A stretch of DNA of 64,000 nt, from the NCBI GenBank assembly GCA_030390025.1, contig CM059431.1:108564001-108628000 (forward strand). Direction: 5' to 3'. A program made the position numbers and the translations under genes. This stretch comes from Squalus acanthias (taxonomy: Eukaryota). Within the stretch, counting starts at the first letter, position 1. Each line of letters begins with the position of its first letter. Below the pieces are notes generated by a model. That model did no database searches. It was given only the letters and a program-made list of their open reading frames with translations, and was not told where the DNA came from. This document shows positions 11,579 to 24,286 of the stretch, one piece after another.

Positions 11579-14500
11579 AATTAAATAAATCTGTTGGACT
11601 ATAACCTGGTGTTGTGCGACTTCTCATTTCTATGAGATAGCCAGTTACTTATCCAATCGGCCAAATTTCCCTCTATCCCACAACTCCTTACTTTCTTCAT
11701 GAGACGACCATGGGGAACCTTATCAAACGCCTTACTAAAATCCATGTATACAACATCAACTGCTCTACCTTCATCTACACACTTAGTTACCTCCTCAAAG
11801 AATTCAATCAAATTTGTTAGGCAAGACTTACCCTTCACGAATCCGTGTTGACTATCCCTGATTAAGTTGCCCCTTACCAAATGTTCATAAATCCTATCCC
11901 TCAGGACCTTTTCCATTATCTTACCAACCACCGAAGTAAGACTAACCAGCCTATAATTACCAGGGTCATTCCTATTTCCTTTCTTGAAGAGAGGAACAAC
12001 ATTCGCCACTCTCCAGTCCTCTGGCACCATTCCCGTGGACAGTGAGGACCCAAAGATCAAAGCCAGAGGCTCTGCAATCTCCTCCCTTGCCTCCCAAAGA
12101 ATCCTAGGATATATCCCATCTGGCCCAGGGGACTTATCGACCCTCAGGTTCTTCAAAATTGCTAAAACATCTTCCCTCAGAACATCTACCACCTCCAGCC
12201 TATCCACCTTTATCACACTCTCATCCTCAAGAACATGGCCCCTCTCCTCGGTGAACACTGACAAAAAGTATTCATTCATCACCTCTCCTATTTCTTCTGA
12301 CTCCATGCACAAGTTCCCACTACTGTCCTTGACCGGCCCTACCCTCACCCTGGTCATTCTTTTATTTCTCACATAAGAGTAAAAGGCCTTGGGGTTTTTC
12401 TTGATCCGACCCGCCAAGGACTTCTCATGCCCCCTCCTAGCTCTCCTAAGCTCTTTTTTTAGCTCATTCCTTGCTACCTTGTACCCCTCAATCGACCCAA
12501 CTGAACCTTGTTTTCTCATCCTTACATACGCTTCCTTTTTCCTCTTGACTAGACATTCAACCTCTTTTGTGAACCATGGTTCTCTCACTCGGCCATTTCC
12601 TCCCTGCCTGACAGGGACATACCTATCAAGGACACGCAGTAATTGCTCCATGAAAAAGCTCCACTTTTCGTTTGTGCCTTTCCCTGATAGTTTCTGTTCC
12701 CATCTTATACTCCCTAATTCTTGCCTAATCGCATCATAATTACCCCTCCCCCAATTATAAACCCTGCCCTGCCGTATGGCCCTATCCCTCTCCATTGCAA
12801 TAGTGAAAGTTACCGAATTGTGGTCACTATCTCCAAAGTGCTCTCCCACATACAAATCAAACACTTGGCCCGGTTCATTACCCAGTACCAAATCCAACGT
12901 GGCCCCAGCTCTTGTCGGCCTATCCACATATTGTGTCAGGAAACCCTCCTGCACACACTGTGCAAAAACTATCCCATCCGAACTGTTTGACCTATAAAGG
13001 TTCCAATCAATATTTGGAAAGTTGAAGTCACCCATGACAACTACTCTGTGACCTCCACACCTATTCATAATCTGCTTTGCAATTTCTTCCTCCACATCTC
13101 TATTACTATTTGGAGGCCTGTAGAAAACTCCTAACAACGTGACCGCTCCTTTCCTATTTCTAACTTCAGCCCATATTACCTCAGACGGCAGATCCCCCTC
13201 GAACTGCCTTTCTGCCGCTGTTAAACTATCCTTGATTAACAATGCTACTCCTCCACCTTTCTTACCAACTTCCCTACTCTTACTGAAACATCTATACCCC
13301 GGAACTTCCAACAACCATTCCTGTCCCTGTTCTAACCATGTCTCCGTAATGGCCACCACATCGTAGTCCCAAGTACCAATCCACGCTCCAAGTTCTCCTA
13401 CCTTATTCCGGATGCTCCTTGCATTGAAGTAGACACACTTCAAGCCATCTTCCTGTCTGCCGGTACATTCCTGCGACCTTGATACCCTCCTCAGTACCTC
13501 CCTACACTCACCACTGGCTCCTGGACTACAGCCCTTTTTCCCATCCCCCTGACAAATTAGTTTAAACCCCCCCGAAGAGCTAGGGATATGGGGAAAGAGC
13601 GGGGGAGTGGGACTAACTGGTTTGCTCTTTGAAAGAGCCTTGCGCAGATTCGATGGGCCGAATGGCCTCCTTCTGTGCTGTACTATTCGATGATTCTATG
13701 ATAAAACTTGCTGTTTATAAACTCCACTCCTTGCAATTGAGTGGAAAACCCCAGAAGCACGTGAGGCAATTGATTTCTTTTGGATAAAAATCAATATATA
13801 CAATGAACTTTGGGATTTTTTTCTGAGGTAAAATTTATTTTATTTATAACTGAAAGCAAGACTGGCCAGTCATATAGTTAAATGAAAATCCCAGATACAT
13901 GTGAGGCAATTGAATTTCTTTCTACAAAACCTAAAAACATCATAAATGACGAACATGGGAAATTCTTTCCAAGGTAGATTTCAGAATTTCCCAAGTCACT
14001 TCCATAGTATTGCAAACATTGCTGGCAGAACAAAACTAAACAAATGTTTTGTATCAAAAGATGGAAACAGTGAATTAACATTCAAACAAGGTGCTTTTTA
14101 TTGGTGAAATTTTATTTATTAAAGGTATGGGTAAGTTTACTTCTGTTCTGAAGAGAGCAGTTTGGAGGCATTGTAAAGGTAATCGATCCCCATTGGGATT
14201 CAATAGCTTTCTCTCAGGAGGTTCCGAAGCCTTTCTTGGGGCTTCAGTGACATGAAGTGCTGAGGTAAGAGCAAAATGGGGTGGAACTTCCTAGGAAACC
14301 CTGAGAACTTCCCCAGCTACGCTCGCTTGATGTAGAGGGTGAGGTAGAAGATCCAGCCTCTGCTCCACGCCTGAAGTTAAAGGAGCATTGCAAATGGAGA
14401 ATGCTGAAACACCCCAAGTATTGCACAGAGCAAATTTCAACCCATAACCCTTGTTTGCCTGCTCCGACGTGGAAAGCAGAGGTGCAGTACATCTCCAAAC

Positions 14501-15619
14501 TTCTGCATCTTTAAATAACCGTGACAAACGAAACCTCGTTTTTGTTTTGATTTTCCATTAAATTAGTTATGGAAAAGCTGAATTGCTGCTACGTTGACTT
14601 TTTGCTGGCATTTGAAGCATTTCGTGCATCGTGGCTTTTTCCACTGTTGTAATGGAAAGCCTGAGACTGCTGATAGTTTGTCATTTTTTTCCTTCTATGA
14701 GCTGATTGGCTTACCAAGGGGAAAACTACCTGTCCACATGTCCGACAAGCCTTAGGAAAGAATTCTGTAAAACATGTCTTTTGCTAAACATACATTGTCG
14801 ACTTATGTTTGCTTCTTTACTCCCTTGCCTTATTAACCCAAGGGGTCTTTTAAGAACTGAAAGACATTTTGAAGAGTCATATCTGACAGCGCTTCAAATA
14901 ATCGCAGGTGTTGATGACCAAGGCAATGTTTTCACATATAGTTGAAACAAAGCCTTGGTGACAGGGCGATGATTATATTGTTCCTTTAGAGTTGACATCC
15001 TATCCTCTAACATTAATTGAAAACAGAAATCTTGGCAAGAAATCCCCTTTTATTCTCTACATACATCAACTTCAGTTAAGTACTATTCAATAATAACGTT
15101 GATTTATTTTATTTAATGTCACAATTCATTACCTAATGTTCACAAAGTTCTTTCAAGCAGAATGCTTTTCAAACAATTCGTTCCAATAGTTTATTGCTTT
15201 TCTTTTGTGCTCATTTGGCTTTTTACTGGCTGGGAATTTGCTGGGCCGTAGCACCATAGCAACGGTGAAATGACGGCGTATGTCACTGCTATCGCCACTG
15301 AAGTCCCAGGAAATGATGGCGTTAATGAGTAATGAGGTACTGTTATAGCAAGGCCTTAATTTGCTGGGACCTTAGCTGGGATCGTAATGCAAACCCTTTA
15401 CCAATATGGCGTCCGGCGCACTTCGCGTCAAAGTGTGCTAGCGCACCGTGGATGCCATTTTGGAACCTTAAGGGGCCTTGTAGCGTCCCCCAAAAAATGG
15501 GTGCTACTGAGCCCAATTTCGCCCCCTCAGTCTAAAAGTACAACAATTATACACTCTGTGTGGGCTGTTTCTAAAAGTGATACTTTATTCAGACGATAGC
15601 CAGCCAAGTCATTGCAAGC

Positions 15620-15771
15620 TGACTTGGCTGGCCAGTTCTGACGAAGGGTCATCGACCTGAAACGTTAACTCTGTTTCCCTCTCCACAGATGCTGCCTGAC
15701 CTGCTGAGCATTTCCAGCATTTTCTGTTTTTATTTCAGATTTCCAGCATCCGCAGTATTTTGCTTTTGTGG
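15620..15771 (+). mobile_element. Short non-autonomous retroelement (Penelope-type) carrying a hammerhead
   Basis: 14-bp TSD AAGTCATTGCAAGC (15606-15619, 15772-15785); the same tail occurs inverted at 37353-37413. Confidence 0.75.
15634..15670 (+). ncRNA. Minimal type I hammerhead ribozyme, second sequence family
   Basis: AGUU-CUGACGA-A-GGGUC(AUC)GACCU-GAAA-CGUU-AACU; palindromic AACGUU. Confidence 0.75.
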
Positions 15772-16158
15772 AAGTCATTGCAAGCAATGGGCTTTGCCGG
15801 TAATCACTGCTCGGGTTTCGCAATTAATCTCAGATTTACTATTAGAAATGTTGAACCAGCAACAGAAAGGTACGGGTCATTTCTAATCACACTTGTGATT
15901 TGGCCGTGATCGTTGAGGATTTGTGAATTATCAACAACATCCTGGAGAGAACTGCAAAGGTACTTTTCAAGAATACACAAGGATGTTTGATATGTGCTGA
16001 TTCGAAAGGTCTGCTGTTTCCTTCCATTTTACAAACAGCAGTAGGATCCACATTGAGCGAGAGAGCCGCCGTCTCTAAATGAACCTGACTTGTGTATATA
16101 GCTGGCCTGCTTCAAAGCTCCTTGGATCTCCACTATCATCGCTGTAACGTATGATAAT

Positions 16159-16580
16159 GGCCCAGAATTTGCTGGAGCCGGGCAGCTCGCGGTGTGCCCC
16201 ATTGGTTAGACTTCATCCCTCGCCCTTTAGCTCGAATGCTTTTTGCCCTGCAAGCTGCTGGAAGTGCGAGCTGGTAACGGCGCAGTGAGCGCAGTAAAAG
16301 ATGAGGGCGAGCTGTCGTTTACATGAGGCTAAAATGGCAATTTATCCAGCGACTTGTGGCGATTCGCAACTCAAGGGGTATCTCTTCCTTGCCACAAGTT
16401 GTTGGATGATTTACCCTGTTAATAATGGCGAGCGGCATTAAACTCTTGGCCATTAAACTTCTGGCCCAATGAGTTTTCTCAGCAAATTTTGGCTTTGGAT
16501 CAGCGCTGGAGGATCAGTTCGAAGACTGGTCTTCTTATGGCGATTGTCACCAATAACACTGTCGCAGCAAATTCCAGGCC
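16159..16580. mobile_element. Harbinger-type MITE
   Basis: Ends GGCCCAGAATTTGC ... GCAAATTCCAGGCC; 5' part similar to 36848-37000 and 55965-56100. Confidence 0.6.
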
Positions 16581-16634
16581 AAGATTTCAATATCTTCTTT
16601 TATTCTCTGACATTATTTAATGAAGAAACATATT

Positions 16635-17358
16635 GGCCCGTAATTTCCGATAGGAGGCTTCCTGCGTTCGGATGCCTCCTATCGGGACAAAATCTACGCC
16701 CTTACCTGAGGACTACCGAGGTGCGGCCATTTCTGCTCCTGGGCCTGTCCACGACGAAATTCGCAGGGCCCCGGTATCCCAGGGGCGCAGGGATCACGTG
16801 GGCCAGGCCAGCCATTAGGAGAAGGGAATCTCCCTTCATACTTTTGACAGATAGACCTGTCAAATATATGAATGGGGATCACCCCAAAAAGACATCAAAA
16901 CATTAAATAAACTTTTTAAAAAACCATCACGTTTTTAAAATGAGTTAAAATTACATTAAATTAAATATTTTAAACAAAAATTTAATTTTTTGAAAAAGTA
17001 ATTAAAGTTTTTTACGGGGCTAAAAATAAACTTACCATTTTTAAAAGTATTTTTTAATTATTTTTTTAACTTTTTTTAAACTCTTATGTTGGTAAAAGCA
17101 GGCCTTACGCCTGCTTTTACCAGGCGTAAGAGTTTTAAGTGATTTCAGCGGGCGGAGGTTCTGCAGAAAGCGGAACTCTCACCCCCCCCCCGCAGAGGCC
17201 CTTCTCCAGGGCAGGCGTCCGATCTGTCAAGAGCATTCTTGACAGATCGGAAATGCCAGTTTTCAGTGCATGCGCTTGGCATGAAACCGACATTTCTGAT
17301 GTCCCTATGGGTGTGTACACAGCTCGTACACACCCGTAGGCATCGAAAAATATGGGCC
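16635..17358. mobile_element. Harbinger-type MITE with ATT TSD
   Basis: TIRs GGCCCGTAATTTCCGAT / ATCGAAAAATATGGGCC, ATT on both flanks, internal hairpins; related in reverse to 53183-53945. Confidence 0.8.
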
Positions 17359-18119
17359 ATTAGTATGAATGGTACTGTGACAGACTATTAGAATATTAAA
17401 CGGCTAAACTACAGTGATAATCAACTATTAGTGAAGACAGTCATTCAGTTCAGATTTCTTCTCACTTTTGTTTTTTTTTGTTTCTTCCAGTATTTTTCTC
17501 TCACTTCTTCTTCCCGTTTTTCTTTCATCAGCCCATTGTTCCTATTTTATCTTTTACATTAATGATCCACCTGCCCCTTGATCTCTGAACATCGAGAAAC
17601 ATGAATTATGCTTCATTAGCGCTAACCATAAATTAGGCCGTAGCAAGGTGGCCTCGCACCTTCTGCATCGCTCTACAAAATACCAGCAAGATCAATAAAT
17701 TGGCCACATCAGCTTCAATTTGTGAGTTGGAGAGGCAGAGGGATAAGTCGAAAACTCCCAAGAAGAAAATCATTTGGCAAGTGTGTTACTTTTCAGTAGG
17801 GCTGACATATCTGAAATCCCAAGTGGGCAATTACACTGCAATACACTAACTCCTCAACTATACAGTGGATACAAAGGTGTAAATGATATTTTGACATATA
17901 TCTTCAAATGGAAACCTGCCTTTTTCACTAGGTCGTCGGCTATCTCAGAAACTACCTTCAGCTGATACAATTAACTGCAAACAAACAATGTATATCTACC
18001 ACGTGGAGTATATTAAAAAGCAAATTGAAGTTTGTTTTCAAATAAGCAAATAATTTTTCTTATTTCTTTAATCTTTGTTAAGGACCGCTTATTTAAAAAC
18101 ACACATTGACATACACGTG

Positions 18120-18125
<6 letters not shown>

Positions 18126-18163
<38 letters not shown>
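18126..18163. repeat. (CA)n microsatellite
   Basis: Uninterrupted CA run. Confidence 0.98.
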
Positions 18164-18167
<4 letters not shown>

Positions 18168-18488
18168 AATGGGACTACGGGATAATTAGATCAGGGAGCA
18201 CAGACGTACTTTAGTCACTGTTTTAAAGTCGTAGGCCTATAAATGTATCCGTCCACAGCCCAGTTTTCGGGCACTAACTGGCCTACTAAGTCCACAACAT
18301 ATAAGGCGGGAAGCGCATGCACATTTCCTGCTTGAAGTGCGATGTCCGCCATATTGGGACAGAAAAAATAGGTGCCCTTTACCCACACCTGAAGCAAATG
18401 TCAGTTCCGGAACCTAGACCCACTTACCTGAGGTTCGCTGTGATGCTAGCAGCGACCCGATTTTGCAGTGACCTACGCCACGCACTCA

Positions 18489-18627
18489 TAAACATAGAAA
18501 CATAGAAAAATAGGAGCAGGAGTAGACCATTCGGCCCTTCGAGCCTGCTCCGCCACTCAATATGATCATGGCTGATCCTCTATCTCAATACCATATTCCC
18601 GCTCTCTCCCCATATGCCTTGATGCCT
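18489..18627 (-). mobile_element. CR1 3'-end fragment inserted in a MITE-like sequence (~18262-18650)
   Basis: AACATAGAAACATAG tail and CR1 3' UTR nearly identical to 24287-24420. Confidence 0.85.
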
Positions 18628-18667
18628 TGGGTGTGCCTGAATTTCTAGGCCATATACTTATTTATAC

Positions 18668-19025
18668 CCTCCTCCTCCCTCGGCCCTCCTTCTTCCTCCC
18701 TCTTCCCTCCCACACCTTATTCCCTTCCCTCCCTCCTCTCCTCCTCCCACTCCCCTCCCACTCTACCTGCCTTTCCCACTCCCTCTCTACCTACCCCTTG
18801 GCCTTTCATCCCCCCTCCTCCGCTGTCTCACCAAACTCTCTCCTTTCTTCTCACTCTCCCTCCTTCTCCTCTCCTCTTCTGGCCCCTCTCCTTCCCCTTC
18901 TCTCTTTCACAACCTCTCCCCCACTCTTCCTCCTCTCCTTCCCTCTCCCACCTCCTCTCCCTCTTCCTCTCCTCTCCTCCCCATGTCCTCTCTTGTTTCT
19001 GCTTCCTTACCCTCTCTTCTCCTCC
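18668..19025. repeat. Polypyrimidine (C/T) low-complexity tract
   Basis: About 360 bp almost entirely C and T on the plus strand. Confidence 0.95.
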
Positions 19026-19265
19026 AAGGATCGGAACACAAGCCAGGAAAAATCATTAAACATCAGTTGCTCCTCCTTAAATCCCATTAAAGTGTCCTTA
19101 CCTACAGAAGTCTTTGAAACCTTTGGAACCAAGGGGGGCGGAGGGGAGGGGCGGTAAGTTCCTGGTACTGGGCAAGCTACACAGTGCAGGTATGAGGTAT
19201 GGAAAATAAAGTCATTGGGAGGGGTCCAGTGAGAAACAAAACCTCACCTGGAGATAAAACACAGT

Positions 19266-20011
19266 GGGGAGTAGAGTTTCCACTTTGGGCGCAATCGGTG
19301 TTCAGGGCACAAATTGTGCCCGCTTTGAGAAGTTATTTTTCTCGAGTTTCTGCTCAAACTCATTTGCATATCAACGAACGTGAAAATCTGCCACGAACCA
19401 GCGCAATCGGGCAGCGTTTTAAAACGTAATTTAAAAAAATAATAATGTTGCTTTAAAAATATTCCTTGATATATTTAAGAGTGGTAACTTGATGCAGTTT
19501 GATTAATACAGCTGAAAATGGGTTTATCACCAAAAAATAAGTATTTTTAATCAGAGTGTCAATCCACCACCTGTGAGTAACCCGATTTTAAATTACTGTA
19601 AATGCCTTAAAAAAAATATACAGAACCATTTGCTAGTTATATTAGGGTACAGTAGTCAGTTTCTTAGTAAAGTAAAAAAAATACATTCAAAAGCTTTTAA
19701 AATGTGCCTATTAGTGTACTTGCACCCGAAAGAACCAGCTTAATTTTTAGAGCCTCCTCGAAGGGCCTCAAACGAGCGCAATTAGTGGAAATTCATCATG
19801 GTGATAAATTCACCCTGGGGGAGTGGTCAGTTTTGTGGGTGGGGTCGGCTTCTAGCACAATGTTTTTTAAACTAGCGCCAAAGATCGCGGAAACTCAATT
19901 GTGCTGAACGCAATTTGCGCTTTAAACTCCGCGATCTTTTGAGAAAGTTGCGCACGATTTTGGGAGAAATTGCAGCAGAAAAAGCAGTTCAACTGAGCGG
20001 AAACTCTACCC
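19266..20011. mobile_element. Harbinger-type MITE
   Basis: Ends GGGG(A)GTAGAGTTTCC ... GGAAACTCTACCCC. Confidence 0.7.
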
Positions 20012-20031
20012 CAATGATGGCTGGAGGCAAA

Positions 20032-20432
20032 GTGGAAAAATTGGGTTGATTTGCGCCTCTCGTTAGCGCCCCCTTTCTCTTTTTTATGCGGGGCGCTGGC
20101 CGCGATCGCTCTCGAGTGCCGGGCTGTTTTCCCGCCATCCCGTTCCCCGGTGGTCCAGCAGGGCCCTGGTGCATGCAGCGCTAGGCCCCTCACCTTTAAT
20201 TAGGGGAGGAGGACTGCAATGACGCGGCGCTACGTGCCGCCGCGCGTGTCGCGGCTGCACATAGTGCCATCAAATTCAGCAGTAGCATCCCAAGCAGGAC
20301 GGGGAGTGCTTCCAGTGGTGCTCCACCTACTGCTTGGGGCGCTGCTGCTGAATTTACGGTGGAGGGGTGCAAACTTTAGCGCCTCGGCGACGTTAGTGCC
20401 CCAAAAGGGGTGACACCCAATTTTTTTCCCCC
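20032..20432. mobile_element. GC-rich Harbinger-type MITE
   Basis: GGAAAAATTGGGT ... ACCCAATTTTTTTCCCC; TTAGCGC motifs; related end at ~35890-35960. Confidence 0.65.
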
Positions 20433-21854
20433 TTTTTACTGAGAGGGTTTGTGAGGATGCTCATTGACTGGGCGCAATGCCACCTAGCAGCCTGATTGTG
20501 TAATTACAGTGTGACAAGCTTACAATAAGCAAACCCCATTACAGTGTATAAGTGTGGACACTGGAAATCATGGTCGGAAAAAGTGACACAAACAGTATCA
20601 CAAAAATGTAACAACACAAAGTCGAGGAATACAGACACAAAATACATGCAGATAGCAGGTGTAAGATTCTTACTAAGATATAGATATGTAAATATGTATG
20701 CGTACATTGTTAACCAAGTATTGAGTAGAATATGCCTAGTTGCCCAGTTATATTACTTCTTTAAAGAAACCAAGCTCCTGCTATACTGAACTACCTATTT
20801 TCAACACAGGTTAATCATTTTCAAGGACTAATGTTGATGCAGTCTCTTTGAACTCATATCACCTAGAAACATTACATCAATTAGTACTCCTTAATAAAGC
20901 TGTTGCCTCATGCTTAGTTAGCTCATATAACCAATCATATGATGAGCCACAGAGTGTGTCTAATGAAACTGCGTGTTTCTCCTGAGATTACTCTTTATCC
21001 ATAGACTGGATAAAGATGATAGATGACCAATTAACTAAAGCATGTATCAAGTCAGATTTGAATCTGTGAGGATTTGTTTGCTTTCCTGTTACTCCAAGAT
21101 TTACCAAAAATGGATTTGTTTGCTGGTTAACTTTTCCACCCATTGTGAACTCCTGCGGATCACAGTACATAACAGCATCACGCTAACTATACGTTAATGT
21201 TTGTTTTCAAGTAAGCAATCGGTACCATGTTCTCAACCAATTTGTTTTTAGTGTGCTACAATTTCTAGAATTCCCAGTAATTGGGCCTGAGGGAGGACAT
21301 CACCTCGTTTTTCTTCATTAGATCAGACATGGAGCATTACTGTTGCAGTCCCGATTAGAACGATTATTGCAGAGGACTGAAGTAAAACTGCCAAATCCAC
21401 ATCCATTTGAAATGTCGCCTTTTGGCTCATATTGAAAAAGACTTTTTTTTTAAATAAAGGAAAATAGTTGCAGTGACGCCTAGTCGGGTCAGCGCTTTGT
21501 GCAATATCTTTTTCTGCCAGTATTGGATTTGAACAACAATTTCTGCTAATGCTCTTTATTATGAAGCCTGGCACCAGTAAGAGCCTCGGAGTGATATGTG
21601 AAGAGACTTGCTGCCAGCCTTGAATGGCTGCAAGCCAAGACAGATGAGTACATACTGCATCTTCTAACTCAATCTGTTTTGACTGATTTCACTGAAGTAA
21701 ATTCAGAGAAACAAATCCAAGGAGGTCGGATGCTAATGCAGCCCGTCTATACATGAAGTTATTACTTCTGATCAGTGTTGGAGATCCTTAGTGACACCGC
21801 AACAATTTCCATTAAAATAGTTGAACATAGAAAAACATCCCAAGGAGCTTCACA

Positions 21855-22290
21855 AAGAAAGAAACAGAAAGGTTTGCATTCATATAGCGCCTTTCACAAC
21901 CACCGGACGTCCCAAAGCGCTTTACAGCCAATGAAGTACTATTTGAAGTGTAATCACTGTTGTAATGTAGGAAACGCAGCAGCCAATTTGCACACAGCAA
22001 GCTCCCACAAACAGCAATATGATACTGACCAGATAATCTGTTTTTAGTGACGTTGACTGAAGAATAAATATTGGTCAGGACACCGAGGATAACTCCCCTG
22101 CTCTTCAAAGTACTGCCGTGCGATCTTTTACATCTACCTGAGAGAGCAGATGAGGCTTCGGTTTAACGTCTCATCTGAAAGACGGCACCTGCGACAGTGC
22201 AGCACTCCCTCAGCACTTCACTGGAGCGTCAGCCTAGATTTTTGTGCTCAAGTCCCTGGTGTAGGACTTGAACCCACAACCTTCTGACTG
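21855..22290 (-). mobile_element. tRNA-headed SINE, probably Deu-domain (SacSINE1-like)
   Basis: B-box GGTTCAAGTCC on minus (~22264-22274); central domain shared with the copies at 47245 and 48977. Confidence 0.75.
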
Positions 22291-22299
22291 ACATATCTA

Positions 22300-23050
22300 T
22301 ATAAAGGCATAAGGGAAAAATAGAAGGCGATATTATGAAGGGCGGCCAATTGCTTCGTCAAAGAGGTGGGTTTTCAGGAGGATTTTAATGGAGGAGATGG
22401 GTGTGAGAGACAGAGGAGAACTGTGAGGGAATTCCAGGGTATGGGGCCTAGGCAGCTGTAAGAATGTATTGGCGGTGTGAAGGTGGGATAAGGTGCACCG
22501 GAACAAGGGAGCTGGAGATGGGTCTCATGGACGAGATAAGCTGGGAGAGGACATGAGCGGAGATGGGAGAAAATCTAGAGAGAGGTATATGTTAGGAGCA
22601 GGGGTGAGTCTGTGAAAGGACAGGAAGGGAAGAAGCAGAGGCAGCTGAACGGATGACAAAGAGGTCCATGAGCGTCTCGCACATGTTGTTGGAGGTGATG
22701 GTGGAGGGGTAGGAGAGAGGGGTTTAATGAGATGATTGGTAGTGGAGAAAAGAAGCCGGGGATTATCTTTACTCTCCAGGGTGATCCTGGATGGTGGTGG
22801 TTTTGGCAGAGGCAATTGAGACCTGATAGTAATTCACATGGCCCAATCGGATCAGGTGGCAAAACCAATTGTTCAGCAGATGCACTGTAGTCTATGCCCC
22901 TTGGACTCGAGGGAAGAAAGATGCAGGCCATTCAAAGGGAAATAACCAGGATGCGTGAGAGTAAAAGTTTTGCTGGGGAAAAGGGCATCAAAGTCGGAGG
23001 TGAGGGAATGGTTGAGCAAATTGATATGATGGTGTTCCTTCATGGAACAT
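22300..23050 (-). mobile_element. Degenerate L2 LINE fragments
   Basis: ITLESKDNPRLLFSTTNHLIKP-type remnant; similarity to the L2 3' region at 50338. Confidence 0.55.
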
Positions 23051-23099
23051 GCCAATGGTACTGCTCCATGACTTCAGTGGAAGCACCGGTTTGTTACCA

Positions 23100-23646
23100 T
23101 GCAGGAGTACTGTGCACAGTTTTGGTCTCCTTATCTAAGAAAGGAGGCGGTGCAACGAAGGTTCACTAGACTGTTTCCTGGGATGAGAGGGTTGTCCTAT
23201 GATGAGAGATTGAGTAGAATGGGCCGATACTCTCTGGAGTTTAGAAGAATGAGAGGTGATCTCATTGAAACATACAAGATTCTGAGGGGGATTGACAGGG
23301 TAGATGCTGAGAGGTTGTTTCCCCTGGCTGGAGAGTCCAGAACTAGGGGGCATAGTCTCAGGATAAGGGGTCGGCCATTTAAGACTGAGATGAGGAGGAA
23401 TTTCTTCACCCAGAGAGTTGTGAATCTTTGGAATTCTCTACCCCAGAGGGCTGTGAATGCTGAGTCCTTGAGTATATTCAAGGCTGAGATAGATAGATTT
23501 TTGGACTCTAGGGGAATCGAGGGATATGGAGATTGGATGGGAAAGTAGAGTTGAGGTCGATGATCAGCCATGATCTTATTGAATGGCAGAGCAGGCTCGA
23601 AGTACCGTATGGCCTACTCCTGCTCTTATTTCTTATGTTCTTATGT
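23100..23646 (+). mobile_element. CR1 3' fragment
   Basis: EYCAQFWSPY...RGDLIETYK...FFTQRVVNLWNSLP; (TTCTTATG) tail. Confidence 0.92.
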
Positions 23647-24286
23647 AAGCAACTCTTCTGAGTTGCAGTTAAGGTAGGAGCAATTTTAACTCTCCCACAA
23701 TGGTGGGAACGGAGCGGGGGAGCAGTTCAAATGACGTGGCTCCATTTTCCGCTCTGCTCTTGCTGATCGGCAATTTTGCCGTTGCTGCTTTTAGCCGAAC
23801 TCTGGCAGGAGTCTTATCGATCAGTGCAACCTGGGGCCCCATGACATACATGCGATCCCAATGGAATTCTAACACACTACTGAGCAGGTTGCCCACGGTG
23901 GCTGTCCCAGTGTCAGGAATTCAACATGGCCCACTTGAGCAAGTTTTTAAAAAAAAGTCTTCCTCAGGGCTCCACGGGGAAAGTCCAGGTCTCTGCAGGC
24001 CCGAGCTTCCTCCCCCTCCAGCCACAAGAACATTGTCACCCCCACTTCCTGCACTTACATTGCTGCCAGCAGGTTTCTCTCAAAGTTGGTGGGTAACCCT
24101 TGGTCCGTCCAACCTTTGCCTCCTCTCTGCAGGGCAACTGCCACTTCCTGCCGGAAATAGCCGAGCAGTTGACCAGCGGCGTTCCAATGAGGCCCGTCAG
24201 TTAAAATCTATCAGGCCCCGATGATGACTCTCGTGCGGGATTGCCATCCCCTCCTACTGGCTGCCCCGCCAGGGGGTAAATCGGCT

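Larger units (their letters stand above)
8866..11627 (+). mobile_element. Penelope-like element, 5'-truncated, with inverted pseudo-LTRs
   Basis: 268-bp inverted repeats 8903-9170 and 11362-11629 (~3 mismatches by eye); 12-bp TSD TTCTATGAGATA (8854-8865, 11628-11639); RT plus GIY-YIG coding region. Confidence 0.95.
7811..13580 (-). mobile_element. CR1 LINE (ORF1 end, ORF2 endonuclease + RT), interrupted by Penelope; frameshift near C-terminus
   Basis: 11599-13443 endonuclease (NARSI, ITETW, GDFN, SDH) and RT start; RT resumes below ~8865 ([19 protein letters not shown]); (TTCTATGT)n tail at 7811-7830. Confidence 0.95.

Noticed and set aside
18627..19157. 176-aa Pro/Leu/Ser-rich ORF
   Set aside because: Artefact of the C/T tract, which lacks stop codons.
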